Shown here in pieces: positions 40,463 through 50,524 of a DNA stretch of 64,000 nucleotides. The notes below the pieces were generated by a model, which was given only the letters and a program-made list of their open reading frames with translations, was not told the origin of the DNA and made no database searches. A program made the position numbers and the translations under genes. Each line of letters opens with the position of its first letter. Within the stretch, counting starts at the first letter, position 1. Source of the DNA: Halorarum halobium (GTDB taxonomy: Archaea; Halobacteriota; Halobacteria; Halobacteriales; Haloferacaceae); contig NZ_CP134949.1 of assembly GCF_032116555.1 (NCBI RefSeq), positions 1,302,001-1,366,000 of the forward strand. Reading direction: 5' to 3'.

Positions 40463-42187
40463 ATGTCGACCGATAGTCCCTCCGAGCGCGCGAAGCGCTT
40501 CGCGGGGTCGGTGCTCCCGGTGACCGAGTGGCTCCCCGCGTACGACCGGTCGTGGCTTCGGACCGATCTCGTGGCGGGGATCACGGTCGCGGCCGCGGTC
40601 ATCCCGGAAGGGCTCGCGTACGCCTCGCTCGCGGGACTGCCCCCCCAGACGGGGCTGTACGCCGCGCTGATGGGTGCGGCCACGTACGTGTTCTTCGCCT
40701 CGTCGCGCCAGGTGCTCCTCGGGCCGACGTCGGCGCTCGCCATCCTGCTTCTCGCCGGCGTGGGCCCGATCGCGGACGGAAGCGAACTGTCCTATCCCGC
40801 GCTCGTCACGGTGACGACGGTTCTCGTCGGCGTCATCGCCGTGGCCGCGAGGGTGTTCCGGCTCGGCCACCTCGTGAGCTTCATCTCGGGGTCGGTCCTG
40901 ACCGGCTTCTCGACGGGGGCCGCGCTGTACATCATCTCCACGCAACTCGGGAAACTGCTCGGTATCTCGGGCTCCGAGGGCACGTTCTTCGAACGCGTCT
41001 GGTTCGTCCTGGTCAACCTGAACGAGGCGCAGGCCGCGACGGTCGCCGTCGGACTCATCTCGATCGCGCTCCTGTTGCTCGGAGAGCGGTACGTGCCCCG
41101 CTTGCCCACCGCGCTGGTGGTCGTCCTGCTCGCCATCGTCGCCTCGTCCGTCCTGAACTTTCAGGCGTGGGGAGTCGAAATCGTCGGGGAGCTCCCCGGC
41201 GGGCTTCCGTCGCTCACGGTTCCGTCGATCCCCTCGATCCCCGTCCTCGGAGCGCTCTTTCCGGTGGCGTTCGCGCTCTTTCTCCTCTCCTACGTGGAGG
41301 GGATCGGTGCCGTCCAGACGTTCGCGCGCCGGAACGGCTATCGGGCCGACCCCGACCAGGAACTCCTCGCGGACGGCGTCGGGAACGTCGCCGCGGGGCT
41401 GTTCGGCGGGTTCGTCGTCGGCGGGAGCATGTCCCGGTCGGCGCTCAACGACTCCATGGGCGGGAAGTCCCAGGTCGTCAGCGCGGTGATGGCGCTCGTC
41501 CTGGTCGTCGTCCTCCTGTTTCTCACCGGGCTGTTCACGACGCTGCCGGATGCCACCCTCGGGGCGATCGTCGCCGTCGCCGCGCTCGGGCTCGTCGACG
41601 TCGCGGGGATGGAACGGCTCAGGAGCGTCAGCCGGAGCGAGTTCGTCATCGCGTCCGCGGCGCTGCTCGGGGTGCTCGCCGTCGGCATCGTCTGGGGCGT
41701 GTTCATCGGCGTCGGCCTGTCGCTGCTTCACACGATCTCCCTGGCTAGCAGCCCGAAGACGGAGGTCCTCGGCCGAATCCCGGACACCGATCATTTCGTC
41801 AACCTCGGGAGCTATCCCGAGGCGGTCGAGGACCCCGGCGTGCTCGTCTACCGCGTGGACGCCGGGCTGTTCTACGCGAACACGAACGTCGTTCGGGAGG
41901 ACCTCGAGGCGCGCGTCGAGGGGCGCGACTCGCCCCTCGATCTGGTCGTCTTCGACCTCTCCTCGTCGCCCATCGTCGACTTCGCGGGCGCGGAGTTCCT
42001 CGGCGAACTCCGGAGCGATCTCGCCTCCCGGGGGATCGACCTCCGCGTCGCGGGCGCGAACGCACAGGTCACGGAACTGCTCGCGGCCGCCGGCCTGGAC
42101 GGGGAACTCGGCGGCGTCCGCGAGGACGAGCGGATCGCCTCCGCCATCGACCGATGGCGGCGCGAGGAGGAGGAGGAAACGTCGTGA
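40463..42187 (+). CDS. SulP/SLC26 anion transporter with STAS domain
   Basis: DLVAGITV, PEGLAYASLAGLPPQTGLY, GSMSRS, C-terminal LFYAN..FDLSS. Confidence 0.95.
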   Translation: MSTDSPSERAKRFAGSVLPVTEWLPAYDRSWLRTDLVAGITVAAAVIPEGLAYASLAGLPPQTGLYAALMGAATYVFFASSRQVLLGPTSALAILLLAGVGPIADGSELSYPALVTVTTVLVGVIAVAARVFRLGHLVSFISGSVLTGFSTGAALYIISTQLGKLLGISGSEGTFFERVWFVLVNLNEAQAATVAVGLISIALLLLGERYVPRLPTALVVVLLAIVASSVLNFQAWGVEIVGELPGGLPSLTVPSIPSIPVLGALFPVAFALFLLSYVEGIGAVQTFARRNGYRADPDQELLADGVGNVAAGLFGGFVVGGSMSRSALNDSMGGKSQVVSAVMALVLVVVLLFLTGLFTTLPDATLGAIVAVAALGLVDVAGMERLRSVSRSEFVIASAALLGVLAVGIVWGVFIGVGLSLLHTISLASSPKTEVLGRIPDTDHFVNLGSYPEAVEDPGVLVYRVDAGLFYANTNVVREDLEARVEGRDSPLDLVVFDLSSSPIVDFAGAEFLGELRSDLASRGIDLRVAGANAQVTELLAAAGLDGELGGVREDERIASAIDRWRREEEEETS

Positions 42188-42801
42188 GCTTCCTCACGGT
42201 GCTCCCGCTGGCAGTGGTGATGGTCGCGGGCCCGCAGATCCTGAGCGCCATCTTCCTCGCGACGAGCGACGGATGGCGGCGCAACTCGGCCGCGTTCGTC
42301 CTCGGCGCGGCGCTGTCGATATCCCTCGTGGTCGCCGCCGCGTTTCTCCTGGGGGACGGTGCCATCGGCCAGGGAGGGTCGAGGGAGACGCTCGATCTCC
42401 TCATCCTCGTGCTCCTCATCGTCGCCATGGTCCGCACGTTCCTGACGCGCGGGCAGTCGGAACCCCCGGAGTGGATGGGCAGGCTCCAGACCGCGAGACC
42501 GCGGCTCGCGCTTCGGCTGGGGTTCCTCCTGCTCGGGTTCTTCCCGACCGACGTCATCACCTCGGTCACGGTCGGCTCCTATCTCGCCGCCAACGGGTTC
42601 CCGCTGACGGAGGCGATCCCGTTCGTCCTCCTCACGCTGCTGTTGCTGGCACTCCCGTCGCTCGCGGTGGTCGCGCTCGGCGAGCGCGCCGAGGTCACCC
42701 TCCCGCGGATCCGGGACTGGATGAACGCGAACTCCTGGATCGTCAGCGAGGTCGTCATCCTCTTTTTCATCGTCATCGTCCTCGACGGCCTCCTGGGATA
42801 G
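42184..42801 (+). CDS. GAP/Sap-family membrane protein
   Basis: GTGA overlap with the SulP stop; AGPQILSAIFL, PPEWM, RDWMNANSW; about six TM segments. Confidence 0.78.
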   Translation: MSFLTVLPLAVVMVAGPQILSAIFLATSDGWRRNSAAFVLGAALSISLVVAAAFLLGDGAIGQGGSRETLDLLILVLLIVAMVRTFLTRGQSEPPEWMGRLQTARPRLALRLGFLLLGFFPTDVITSVTVGSYLAANGFPLTEAIPFVLLTLLLLALPSLAVVALGERAEVTLPRIRDWMNANSWIVSEVVILFFIVIVLDGLLG

Positions 42802-42932
42802 GCGGGACGGCCGACGGCCACGAGTGGGTACAGGCGGCGGGTAGCAGTCGATACCGGCAACTTGTTGACGACGTCGGGGTCGTCCCGTGGGGTCGGTTCA
42901 TTGGTCTCGAGTCGTCGATGTCTGTCGGACGG

Positions 42933-43501
42933 CTATCCCCCGTGTCCGATCGTGTCGATGGCGGCCGCGACCGCGAGGACGACGCGTTCGTCCTCGCGGT
43001 CGCGGCCGCCACCTCGACGCCGTAGGTGTCGCGGACGCGGTACTAGCGCTTCGAGACGGTCGCCACCCGTGCGCCCTCCCGGGTGATGGTGTACTCGTGG
43101 TCGAAGACGTTCCCCCGGACGTGCAGCGGCGGCCCGTCGGCGACCTGGACGGTGAACCGGTCCCTGACGGGCGTCACGAGCGCCCGGTCGATGGACGCCA
43201 CCCGGCGGCCGTTCCGTTCGATCACCATCGTCTCCCTGAGCCGGACGACCCGCTCCTGGACGCGGTAGAGCGGTCGTCCCCGCGAGTCCCGGATCCGGAT
43301 CGTGTTCCGGACTCTGAGGGCCTCGCCGTCGACCCTGAACGCCGGCACGCCCGCGCCCGTCTCGATGACGAAGTCGTCGCCGAACGAGAGCAGTCGTTCG
43401 CGCATCCGGTATCTGGTCGGCGCCGCGCGGGCCCCCGGTCCGCGTCCCCGCGACCGGCCGCGCTGGCCCTGCCGTCCCTGCCGGCGCCGGAGCGGACTCA
43501 T
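42933..43501 (-). pseudogene. LURP-one/Tubby C2-like gene with a premature stop and frameshift
   Basis: MRERLLSFGDDF..GNVFDHEY..VSKR then TAG at 43043-43045; the frame continues YRVRDTYGVEV and another frame gives DERVVLAVAAAIDTIGHGG*. Confidence 0.8.
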
Positions 43502-43508
43502 CCCGCCA

Positions 43509-45827
43509 TCACTCCCGGGCCAGGATGCGGTCCATCTCCTTGTCCTCGTGGACGAACGGCTCGCCGCTGACGTCGACCGTCACGCGGGCGATATCGCCGG
43601 TGAACGCAAACGGTGCCCGGTCCCGGTAGTCGTCGCTGACGGCGTCGACCGCGTCCCGGCCACAGCTCAACCCCGCGACGATGCTGACGGTGATCGGGAT
43701 CGTCGTCGGGAGGTCGCCCTCGCCGACCTGTTCGTCGCCGTAGTAGAGCCTGACGGTGCCGGGGGCGCCCTTGCCGTCGGGGACGTCCGGGTCGCCGGTC
43801 GTCTCGAACTCCATGCTGACCGTGACCTCGCCCTCCGGGAGACGCTCGTCGGCGACGACCTCGTACTCGTCGACGCCGACGTAGTTGTGTACGTAGCGGA
43901 GCCGCCCGTCGTCCACGAACAGCGAGTAGCCGCCCGAGCGGGAGCCGTGGGCGAGGAGAACGCCCTCGGCACCGCCCGCCGGAACCGACAGGTCGGCGGT
44001 GATGCTGTGATCGCGGTTCAACACCTTGACGGCCGCGTTCTCGGGGACGTGCTGGCCGCCGGGGTAGTAGACGTACCTGTCGCGGGGCTTCCCGGGCTGG
44101 GGACGCGGCTCCGCGAACCGTTCCGTGCCGCGGCCGTCCAGCGGCAACACGTCGTGCTTCCCGGCTTCGGCCCACCACAGCTGGACGAGTTCGAGCACCT
44201 TCTCGGGGTGTTCGTCGCTGACGTCGTGGGCCTCCGAGAAGTCCTCGGCGACGTGGTACAGTTCCCACCCGGAGTCCTCCAGGCTGGTGGCCGAGAGGTC
44301 CTCGGCCGTGATCGGCTCGTTGAACGGCCAGGGGTGGACCGCGCGCCAGCCGTCGTGGTAGACGGCGCGGGTCGCGAGCATCTCGAAGTACTGGGTCGTG
44401 TGCCGCTCCGGCGCGTCGGGCTCCTCGAACGAGTACGCGAAGCTCGTCCCCTCGATCGCCGACTGTGAGTACCCCTTGATCTCGTCGGGGGCCTCGATGC
44501 CGATCGACTCCAGGATCGTCGGTACCAGGTCGATGGCGTGGACGAACTGGTCGCGCACCTCCCCCTCGGCGTCGATGCCGTTCGGCCAGGAGACCACGAG
44601 CGGGTCGCTCGCGCCGCCGCGATAGCTCTCGCGCTTCCAGCGACGGAACGGCGTGTTCCCCGCCCACGTCCACCCGTACGGGTAGTGGTTGTAGTACTCG
44701 GGACCGCCGAGTCCGTCCATCGCCTCGAGGTTCTCCTCCAGGTCCTCCTCGATGTTGTTGAAAAAGCGGTTCTCGTTGAGCGATCCCGTCGGGCCCCCCT
44801 CGGCGCTGGCGCCGTTGTCCGAGACGAGCAGCACCATCGTGTCGTCGAGTTCGCCGATCTCCTCGAGGAAGTCGAGGACCCGCCCGATCTGGGCGTCGGT
44901 GTGTTCGAGGAAGCCGGCGAACACCTCCATCATCCGGGCGTAGAGCCTCCGTTCGTCCTCCGAGAGCGAGTCCCACTCCCGGACGTCCTCGTTCTGTGGC
45001 GACAGCTCCGTGTCCTCGGGGACGACGCCCATCTCCTTTTGCCGTTCGAGGATCCGCTCGCGGGCCTCGTCCCAGCCCATGTCGAACTCCCCATCGTACC
45101 TGTCGGCCCACTCCTGTGGGACCTGGTGGGGCGCGTGACACGCGCCCGGCGCGAAGTACGTGAAGAACGGCTTGTCGGGGTCGACCTGTTTCGCGTCCCC
45201 GATGAAGTTGATCGCCCGGTCGGCGATGTCCTCGGTGAAGTGATAGCCTTCCTCGGGGGTCGCGGGGGGGTCGACCTGGTGGTTGTCGTGGACGAGCGGC
45301 GGCGTGTACTGGTCGGCGTCGGCGCCGAGGAACCCGTAGTAGCGCTCGAACCCGCGCCCGAGCGGCCACTCGTCGTACGGGCCGGCGGCGCTGTTCGACT
45401 CGGCCGGGGAGAGGTGCCACTTGCCGAGCGCGTGGGTACTGTAGCCCTGCTCGACGAGCATCTCCGAGAGGAACCCGTTCTCGTGCGGGACGTGACCGTT
45501 GTAGCCGGGGAAGCCGGTCGAGACCTCGGTGATGCCGGCCATCGCGTTCGAGTGGTGGTTACGCCCGGTCAACAGACAACTCCGCGAGGGCGAACACAGC
45601 GCCGTCGTGTGGAAGTTGTTGTACCGGAGCCCGTCCTCGGCCAGCCGGTCGACGTTCGGCGTGTCGATCAGCCCGCCGTAACACCCGAGCTGTCCGAACC
45701 CGACGTCGTCGAGGACGATCATCAGGACGTTCGGTGCGTCCTGGGGGGCCCGCGTCTCCTCGGGCCACCACGGTTCCGATTCGTCGTACGTGCGGCCGAT
45801 CCGGCCGTGAAACTCCTTTCCTTGCAT
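43509..45827 (-). CDS. Arylsulfatase (Cys-type, FGE-dependent)
   Basis: PNVLMIVLDDVG, LCSPSRSCLLTGR (CxPxR), GKWHL, HAPHQ, SDNG; start MQGKEF at 45827. Confidence 0.96.
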   Translation of the reverse strand: MQGKEFHGRIGRTYDESEPWWPEETRAPQDAPNVLMIVLDDVGFGQLGCYGGLIDTPNVDRLAEDGLRYNNFHTTALCSPSRSCLLTGRNHHSNAMAGITEVSTGFPGYNGHVPHENGFLSEMLVEQGYSTHALGKWHLSPAESNSAAGPYDEWPLGRGFERYYGFLGADADQYTPPLVHDNHQVDPPATPEEGYHFTEDIADRAINFIGDAKQVDPDKPFFTYFAPGACHAPHQVPQEWADRYDGEFDMGWDEARERILERQKEMGVVPEDTELSPQNEDVREWDSLSEDERRLYARMMEVFAGFLEHTDAQIGRVLDFLEEIGELDDTMVLLVSDNGASAEGGPTGSLNENRFFNNIEEDLEENLEAMDGLGGPEYYNHYPYGWTWAGNTPFRRWKRESYRGGASDPLVVSWPNGIDAEGEVRDQFVHAIDLVPTILESIGIEAPDEIKGYSQSAIEGTSFAYSFEEPDAPERHTTQYFEMLATRAVYHDGWRAVHPWPFNEPITAEDLSATSLEDSGWELYHVAEDFSEAHDVSDEHPEKVLELVQLWWAEAGKHDVLPLDGRGTERFAEPRPQPGKPRDRYVYYPGGQHVPENAAVKVLNRDHSITADLSVPAGGAEGVLLAHGSRSGGYSLFVDDGRLRYVHNYVGVDEYEVVADERLPEGEVTVSMEFETTGDPDVPDGKGAPGTVRLYYGDEQVGEGDLPTTIPITVSIVAGLSCGRDAVDAVSDDYRDRAPFAFTGDIARVTVDVSGEPFVHEDKEMDRILARE

Positions 45828-46310
45828 GTCTGCCCTCCGTCGTGTCCGACGGATTCGCGGCGCGACCCCCGCTGCTGCCGACCGCGTGACCGGACGCCCG
45901 CGGGGCTTCCGACCGACAGTTCGAACTGCGGTCGCGGGGGTATAGTTATAATATTCCATATGGTTTCGGGGCCGAGCTTACCGTCCGGAAAGCTCGACGT
46001 TTATCCAAAGGACGGTGACCGCTTCCGGACTGGATGCCGGTTTTCTGACCGTCGGTTCCGACGTGATGGTACGGGATACTGACGAGGTTCGACGGTCGTC
46101 GGTCACAGTTCGAGGCGTGCCCTCGCCTCCGTGTCGACGACTCGTCGCCGCGGGTCGGGTCTCGGATCCGTCGAGCAGTCCCGGGTCGCGAGTCCGAGTC
46201 CGGACGACCGGTTTTTCCGTTCCGCGGTCGGTACGTCGGACGGTAACGACGGATTACGCCGACGGGGCCGGCGTCGGATCCGGCCGACGATCGACCCGAG
46301 CGATCCGTTC

Positions 46311-47627
46311 TCAGGCCCGCTCGTCCCCGGCGTCCTCGGCAGTCCCCGATTCATCGCACTCCGGTCCGCCGTTCTCGCCCGTTCCTGGTCCCTCGTCTCC
46401 CGATCCGGCGCTCTCGCGCTCGTCCGCGTCCCCCCCGCCGCTTTCGCTCGCTCCGCCGCCCGTGTCGCGCCCCCTGCTCGGGTCGTCATCCTCGGCTTCC
46501 GTCGGTCGCGCCCCCACCGACTCGCCCATCGACACCGCCGGCGTCAGCGGGCGGCCCGAGACGAGTTCGGGCAGGACGATCCGGACGGTCTCGAGCAGCA
46601 GGACGAACAGGATGGGGAGCAGGAAGAACCCGTACCAACCGAACAGGATGGGGCCCAGCAGGTAGGCGAACAGCAGCACCATCACGTCGAGGTCCCGACC
46701 GGTGATGTACGGCTGGAGGAACGTCTGCGGGAGGATGTCCAGGACGAGGAAGTAGGCGACGAGCACGCCGCCGACGAAGACGAGTCCCCTCCCGTCCATG
46801 CGCAGGGATCCGAACGCGAGGTAGGCGACGACCGGCAGGTAGACGACCTTGCCGACGACGATGGGGATCAGGCTGGCGACGCCGGTGAGGAACGCGAGCA
46901 CGAGCACCATCGGGACCGCCAGCCCCCGGGGGGCGAGCAGGTTCGTGCCGAAGTAGGCGACGGCGGCCACGACGGTCATGGCGAGGACGAACAGGAAGTT
47001 GCCGAAGAACACGGATTCGAGGTCCTCGTCGACGGCCGACGCGTAGGCGAACGCCGTCGTGTCCCGGCCGCCGAACAGCCGGACCAGCCCGGCCGACAGC
47101 GCGTCGTCGTTCTTCAACAGGAAGTACGACAGGGTCACCGACAGCGAGAGCAACAGCAGTCCGCCGATGACCGCCGTGACGGTGGTCACCCCCGCCTGCA
47201 GGATGGTCCGTGCGGTCCGCTGTGGGTCGGTGATGGCCCGTCTCGGGTTCCGAACCGTCGAGAGGAGCGTCCGCCGCTGTTCGGGCGAAAGCGCCTGCAG
47301 GGACTCACCGAGGAACGGGACGCCCGCGCCCCCGCCGAGTAACTGCTGGGCCTGCTGGAACAGCTGAAACCCGGCGTACCCGAGCATGAGGAGGATCGGG
47401 ACGAGCACGACCAGGATGGTGAGCCAGGCCGCGATCCCGTCCGAGTCGATCCTCGTCGAGAGCCGCCGGTAGATCGGTCGGGTGGCGTAGTAGCCGAACA
47501 CCCCCAGCACCAGGATGCCGACGAACGAGTAGGCGACGAACGCGGCCGCCAGGCCGAGTAGCCCGGTGAACGCCCACCAGCCGATGCGGGTCCGTCGTTC
47601 CCGGGGGCCTCGGTCGGCGTCGGTCAT
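46311..47627 (-). CDS. AI-2E family transporter
   Basis: YYATRPIY, SLIPIVVG, LQPYITGR, GPILFGWYGFFLLP; start MTDADR. Confidence 0.88.
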   Translation of the reverse strand: MTDADRGPRERRTRIGWWAFTGLLGLAAAFVAYSFVGILVLGVFGYYATRPIYRRLSTRIDSDGIAAWLTILVVLVPILLMLGYAGFQLFQQAQQLLGGGAGVPFLGESLQALSPEQRRTLLSTVRNPRRAITDPQRTARTILQAGVTTVTAVIGGLLLLSLSVTLSYFLLKNDDALSAGLVRLFGGRDTTAFAYASAVDEDLESVFFGNFLFVLAMTVVAAVAYFGTNLLAPRGLAVPMVLVLAFLTGVASLIPIVVGKVVYLPVVAYLAFGSLRMDGRGLVFVGGVLVAYFLVLDILPQTFLQPYITGRDLDVMVLLFAYLLGPILFGWYGFFLLPILFVLLLETVRIVLPELVSGRPLTPAVSMGESVGARPTEAEDDDPSRGRDTGGGASESGGGDADERESAGSGDEGPGTGENGGPECDESGTAEDAGDERA

Positions 47628-47945
47628 CGGCGGCGAGGTGGCGACCGGATCGACGGCGGGGCGACGTCGCGTCCGTGGCTCGCCGGGCCACCGGACGAGT
47701 ATCGACGGCGGGAGTTCACCCGTCCCCGCGACCCGCCGAGGACCCGCCGACTCCCGTGAGTTCGACCGTCTCCCCTCGGTCACCCGTACGGCGTGTTTCG
47801 AGCGCGGGCGGCGTCGGGGTCGCCCGGACGGGACGGGTCGGCGATGCTGTCACGGCTCGCACGGTCGGCTCGAACCCACTTTGCAAATCGGTGCTTACCG
47901 GCCGGCTCCCGGCCGCCGTCGACGGACGCGGGTCGAGCGGCCGGA

Positions 47946-48845
47946 TCAGTCCGCGCGGATCGCGGTCTCGACGCCCCTGCCGAGCGCCGACTTCAGCCGG
48001 TCGGTCGCGCCGGTCGCCTCGGCCTCGTTCTCCAGCAGGACGGTCTCGCTCGGGAACAGGTCCTCCCCGAGCACCAGCCCGTGGTCGCGGGCGGTCCCGC
48101 CGGTGACAGTGAGGTACACGCCGAGTCCGGCCTCGGCGATGGCCGCCTCCTCCTCGGCGGCCGCGTCGGGGTACACGAACTCGACGTCGTCGAGCGTGTC
48201 GGTCCCGAGCACGGCTTCGACCAGCCGCTCGTACCGCGGGGAGATACAGAGCGGGCCATCGTAGTCGGCGACGAACGAACGGTCGAGGTCGACGCCGGCC
48301 GGAAGCGTCCCCGGCGTCGCCATCAGGGTGTGGCGCACGGTGTCGCCGAGCCCCGTCGAGACGCGAACGTCCGTGTCGCGCGGGTCGATGCGAGCGTTCA
48401 CGTCCGAGAGCCCGGCCAGCCCGTGGGGGCGGAGCTGGACGACCTCCTCCAGCACGAGGTCGGCCGAGTCGAACCCGAGTGCGAACTCGTGGGTGCGGAG
48501 CGCCCTGAACGGCTCCTCCCTGCCGACGAGCAGCACGTCGATCCCGGCGACGGGCAGGCGGGCGCTGTCGAAGACGACCCGGCGCGGGTGGCCCTCCCGG
48601 TCGTCGCGCACGAGGGTGTACTCCGGGCCGTCCTCACCGTGCTCGCTGTACTCGGCCAGTCGGTCGTACACCGAACGGTCGGCGGGCTGTGCCCCCTTGG
48701 TGATGGCCTTCTCGTAGCGGAGCGTCGACGACACGTCGTCGGCCAGCGCCGCGGCCGCCGGCCCGCCGACCGCCGCGAGGCGTTCGAGCGCCGCCTCCAG
48801 GGGTCGCCCCTTCCGTGGCACCGCCACCGCGACCGGTCCTGTCAT
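47946..48845 (-). CDS. Divergent HisG (ATP phosphoribosyltransferase)-like protein
   Basis: N-terminal VAVPRKGR and C-terminal TVTGGTARDHGL..SETVLLEN resemble HisG landmarks, but the middle is very divergent. Confidence 0.6.
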   Translation of the reverse strand: MTGPVAVAVPRKGRPLEAALERLAAVGGPAAAALADDVSSTLRYEKAITKGAQPADRSVYDRLAEYSEHGEDGPEYTLVRDDREGHPRRVVFDSARLPVAGIDVLLVGREEPFRALRTHEFALGFDSADLVLEEVVQLRPHGLAGLSDVNARIDPRDTDVRVSTGLGDTVRHTLMATPGTLPAGVDLDRSFVADYDGPLCISPRYERLVEAVLGTDTLDDVEFVYPDAAAEEEAAIAEAGLGVYLTVTGGTARDHGLVLGEDLFPSETVLLENEAEATGATDRLKSALGRGVETAIRAD

Positions 48846-48891
48846 TGTCCGTCCAACGGGGTCACACGTCAAAAACGGCGCGCTTCGGGCG

Positions 48892-50448
48892 TTATTCCGC
48901 GTCTCCGTTCCCCTCGTCCATGCCGGGGGCCCCGGCGCCGCCGGCGCCGAACACCGACGAGAGCCGCTCGCGGAACGCCTCGAACTCCTCGAGCTCCGTG
49001 TGCATCTCCGCGAGGTCGGCGCGGAGTTCGCCGACCTCCTCGTCCATCATCGCGGAGAGCGATTCGAGCTCGTCCTCGACGTCGGCCATCTCGTCGCGGA
49101 CCTCCGCGACGGCGTCGTCCTCCTCGGCGACCTCGTCCTGGAGCTCCTCCAGTTCGGATCGGATCTCCGCGACGGACGCCTCCAGCCCCTCGGCACGCTC
49201 CGCCACGTCGTCGGTGACGTCGTCGACGGCTCCGCGAACGTCCTCGACGTCGTCGAAGAGTTCCGCGCGTTCGGCCGCCGCGCTCTCGACGTCGGCCTCG
49301 ACGTCGTCGAGCGCGTCGCGGACCTCGGTCACGTCGGCCTGCAGCCCCTCGATGAGGTCGTCAGCGGTGCCGTTCTCGTCGATGAACTCCTCGAGCGCGT
49401 CGGTGTACGCGGCCAGATCCTCGACCGTCGACTGCAGCCGGGAGATGCGCGCGTCGACGCTCGTCGCGTGGTCGAGTTCGAGTTCGCGCTTCAGGAGTTC
49501 GCGGTCCGCCTCGGACACCTCGCCCGAGCGGAGTTCCGTGGCGAGCGCCGCCGCGATGCCGCCCGCGGCCGCTTGCGTCGCCCCCGCGCCGGCGTCGCCG
49601 GTCGGCTCGGTCACGTCGGGGTCCTCCGCCAGGCCGAGGTCGTCCTCGCCGGCTTCCTCCGTCGGCACGTCGAGGCCGCCCTCGTCGGCGTCCCCCTCGT
49701 CTGCGTCGAGTTCGGCTCCCGAGTCGTCCGAGCCGTCGTCGTCATCGTCGGCGGGTTCATCGTCGTCGTCCGCCGCTTCGAGCGGGTCGGCGAGCGGGTC
49801 CGGATCGTCGCCGACGGCGTCGGCCACCGCGTCGTCGTCCGCGGCCTGCTCGGGGTCCTCGTCCTCGTCCGCAGCCGGGTCGGTGAGCCCGAGGTCGTCC
49901 TCGGCGGCCGCGAGATCGATCGTCGCGTCGTTCGACCCCTCGGCTTCGGAGATCGCACCGGGCCCGGACGCGGGGGCGTCCTCGTCGCCCGGGATGGCGT
50001 CGCGGTCGCCCGAAAGCACGTCCCGGACGACCTGGGAGGAGTCCTCGCCGATGACGTCGGCGACGTCGCCGACCGGGTCGGCGTCCTCGTCCACCTCCTC
50101 GATGGTCGGCTCCCCGAGGAACGACGCGCCCGTGCTCGGATCGTCCGTCCGGATGCCGTACACCGTCGTCACTTCCTCGCCCGGTTCGAGCCGTCGGCGG
50201 TACTCGACGCGGTGGTCCTGGTAGGCAGTCCAGTGTTCGGACTCGTACTCCGGGTGGAAGCCGACCCGGTCCATCGGGAAGTCCTCCGGGATCTCGTCGA
50301 CGAGTCGGAACTCGGCCGGATCGTCCCGCTCGGTCCGGAGGGTGAACGCGACTGCGGGCACGGGGAATTCGTCCGCGGTGAAGCGCTTTTCGACGGTGAC
50401 CCCGTCGTGCTGGACGACGGTGTCGTCAAGATCGGACCCCTGACTCAT
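48892..50448 (-). CDS. Very acidic hypothetical protein with a C-terminal coiled coil
   Basis: Beta-rich N-terminal domain, D/E-rich disordered linker and heptad-like C-terminus; start MSQGSD. Confidence 0.8.
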   Translation of the reverse strand: MSQGSDLDDTVVQHDGVTVEKRFTADEFPVPAVAFTLRTERDDPAEFRLVDEIPEDFPMDRVGFHPEYESEHWTAYQDHRVEYRRRLEPGEEVTTVYGIRTDDPSTGASFLGEPTIEEVDEDADPVGDVADVIGEDSSQVVRDVLSGDRDAIPGDEDAPASGPGAISEAEGSNDATIDLAAAEDDLGLTDPAADEDEDPEQAADDDAVADAVGDDPDPLADPLEAADDDDEPADDDDDGSDDSGAELDADEGDADEGGLDVPTEEAGEDDLGLAEDPDVTEPTGDAGAGATQAAAGGIAAALATELRSGEVSEADRELLKRELELDHATSVDARISRLQSTVEDLAAYTDALEEFIDENGTADDLIEGLQADVTEVRDALDDVEADVESAAAERAELFDDVEDVRGAVDDVTDDVAERAEGLEASVAEIRSELEELQDEVAEEDDAVAEVRDEMADVEDELESLSAMMDEEVGELRADLAEMHTELEEFEAFRERLSSVFGAGGAGAPGMDEGNGDAE

Positions 50449-50524
50449 GGCTACACCCACCTCGAGGCGACATAAAAAGGCCACGGGCCGATTCTCAGAC
50501 GACGAAGCCGTCGGGGGCCGCGAC

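Noticed and set aside
43043..43045. In-frame TAG as pyrrolysine or programmed readthrough
   Set aside because: A second frameshift follows within about 45 nt and no pyl genes are present in the window.
45830..46310. Longer spacers upstream of the sulfatase and between FGE and SulP (39990-40460) as ncRNAs or genes
   Set aside because: They contain promoter-like AT patches but no convincing ORF or long stems comparable with the recombinase flanks.
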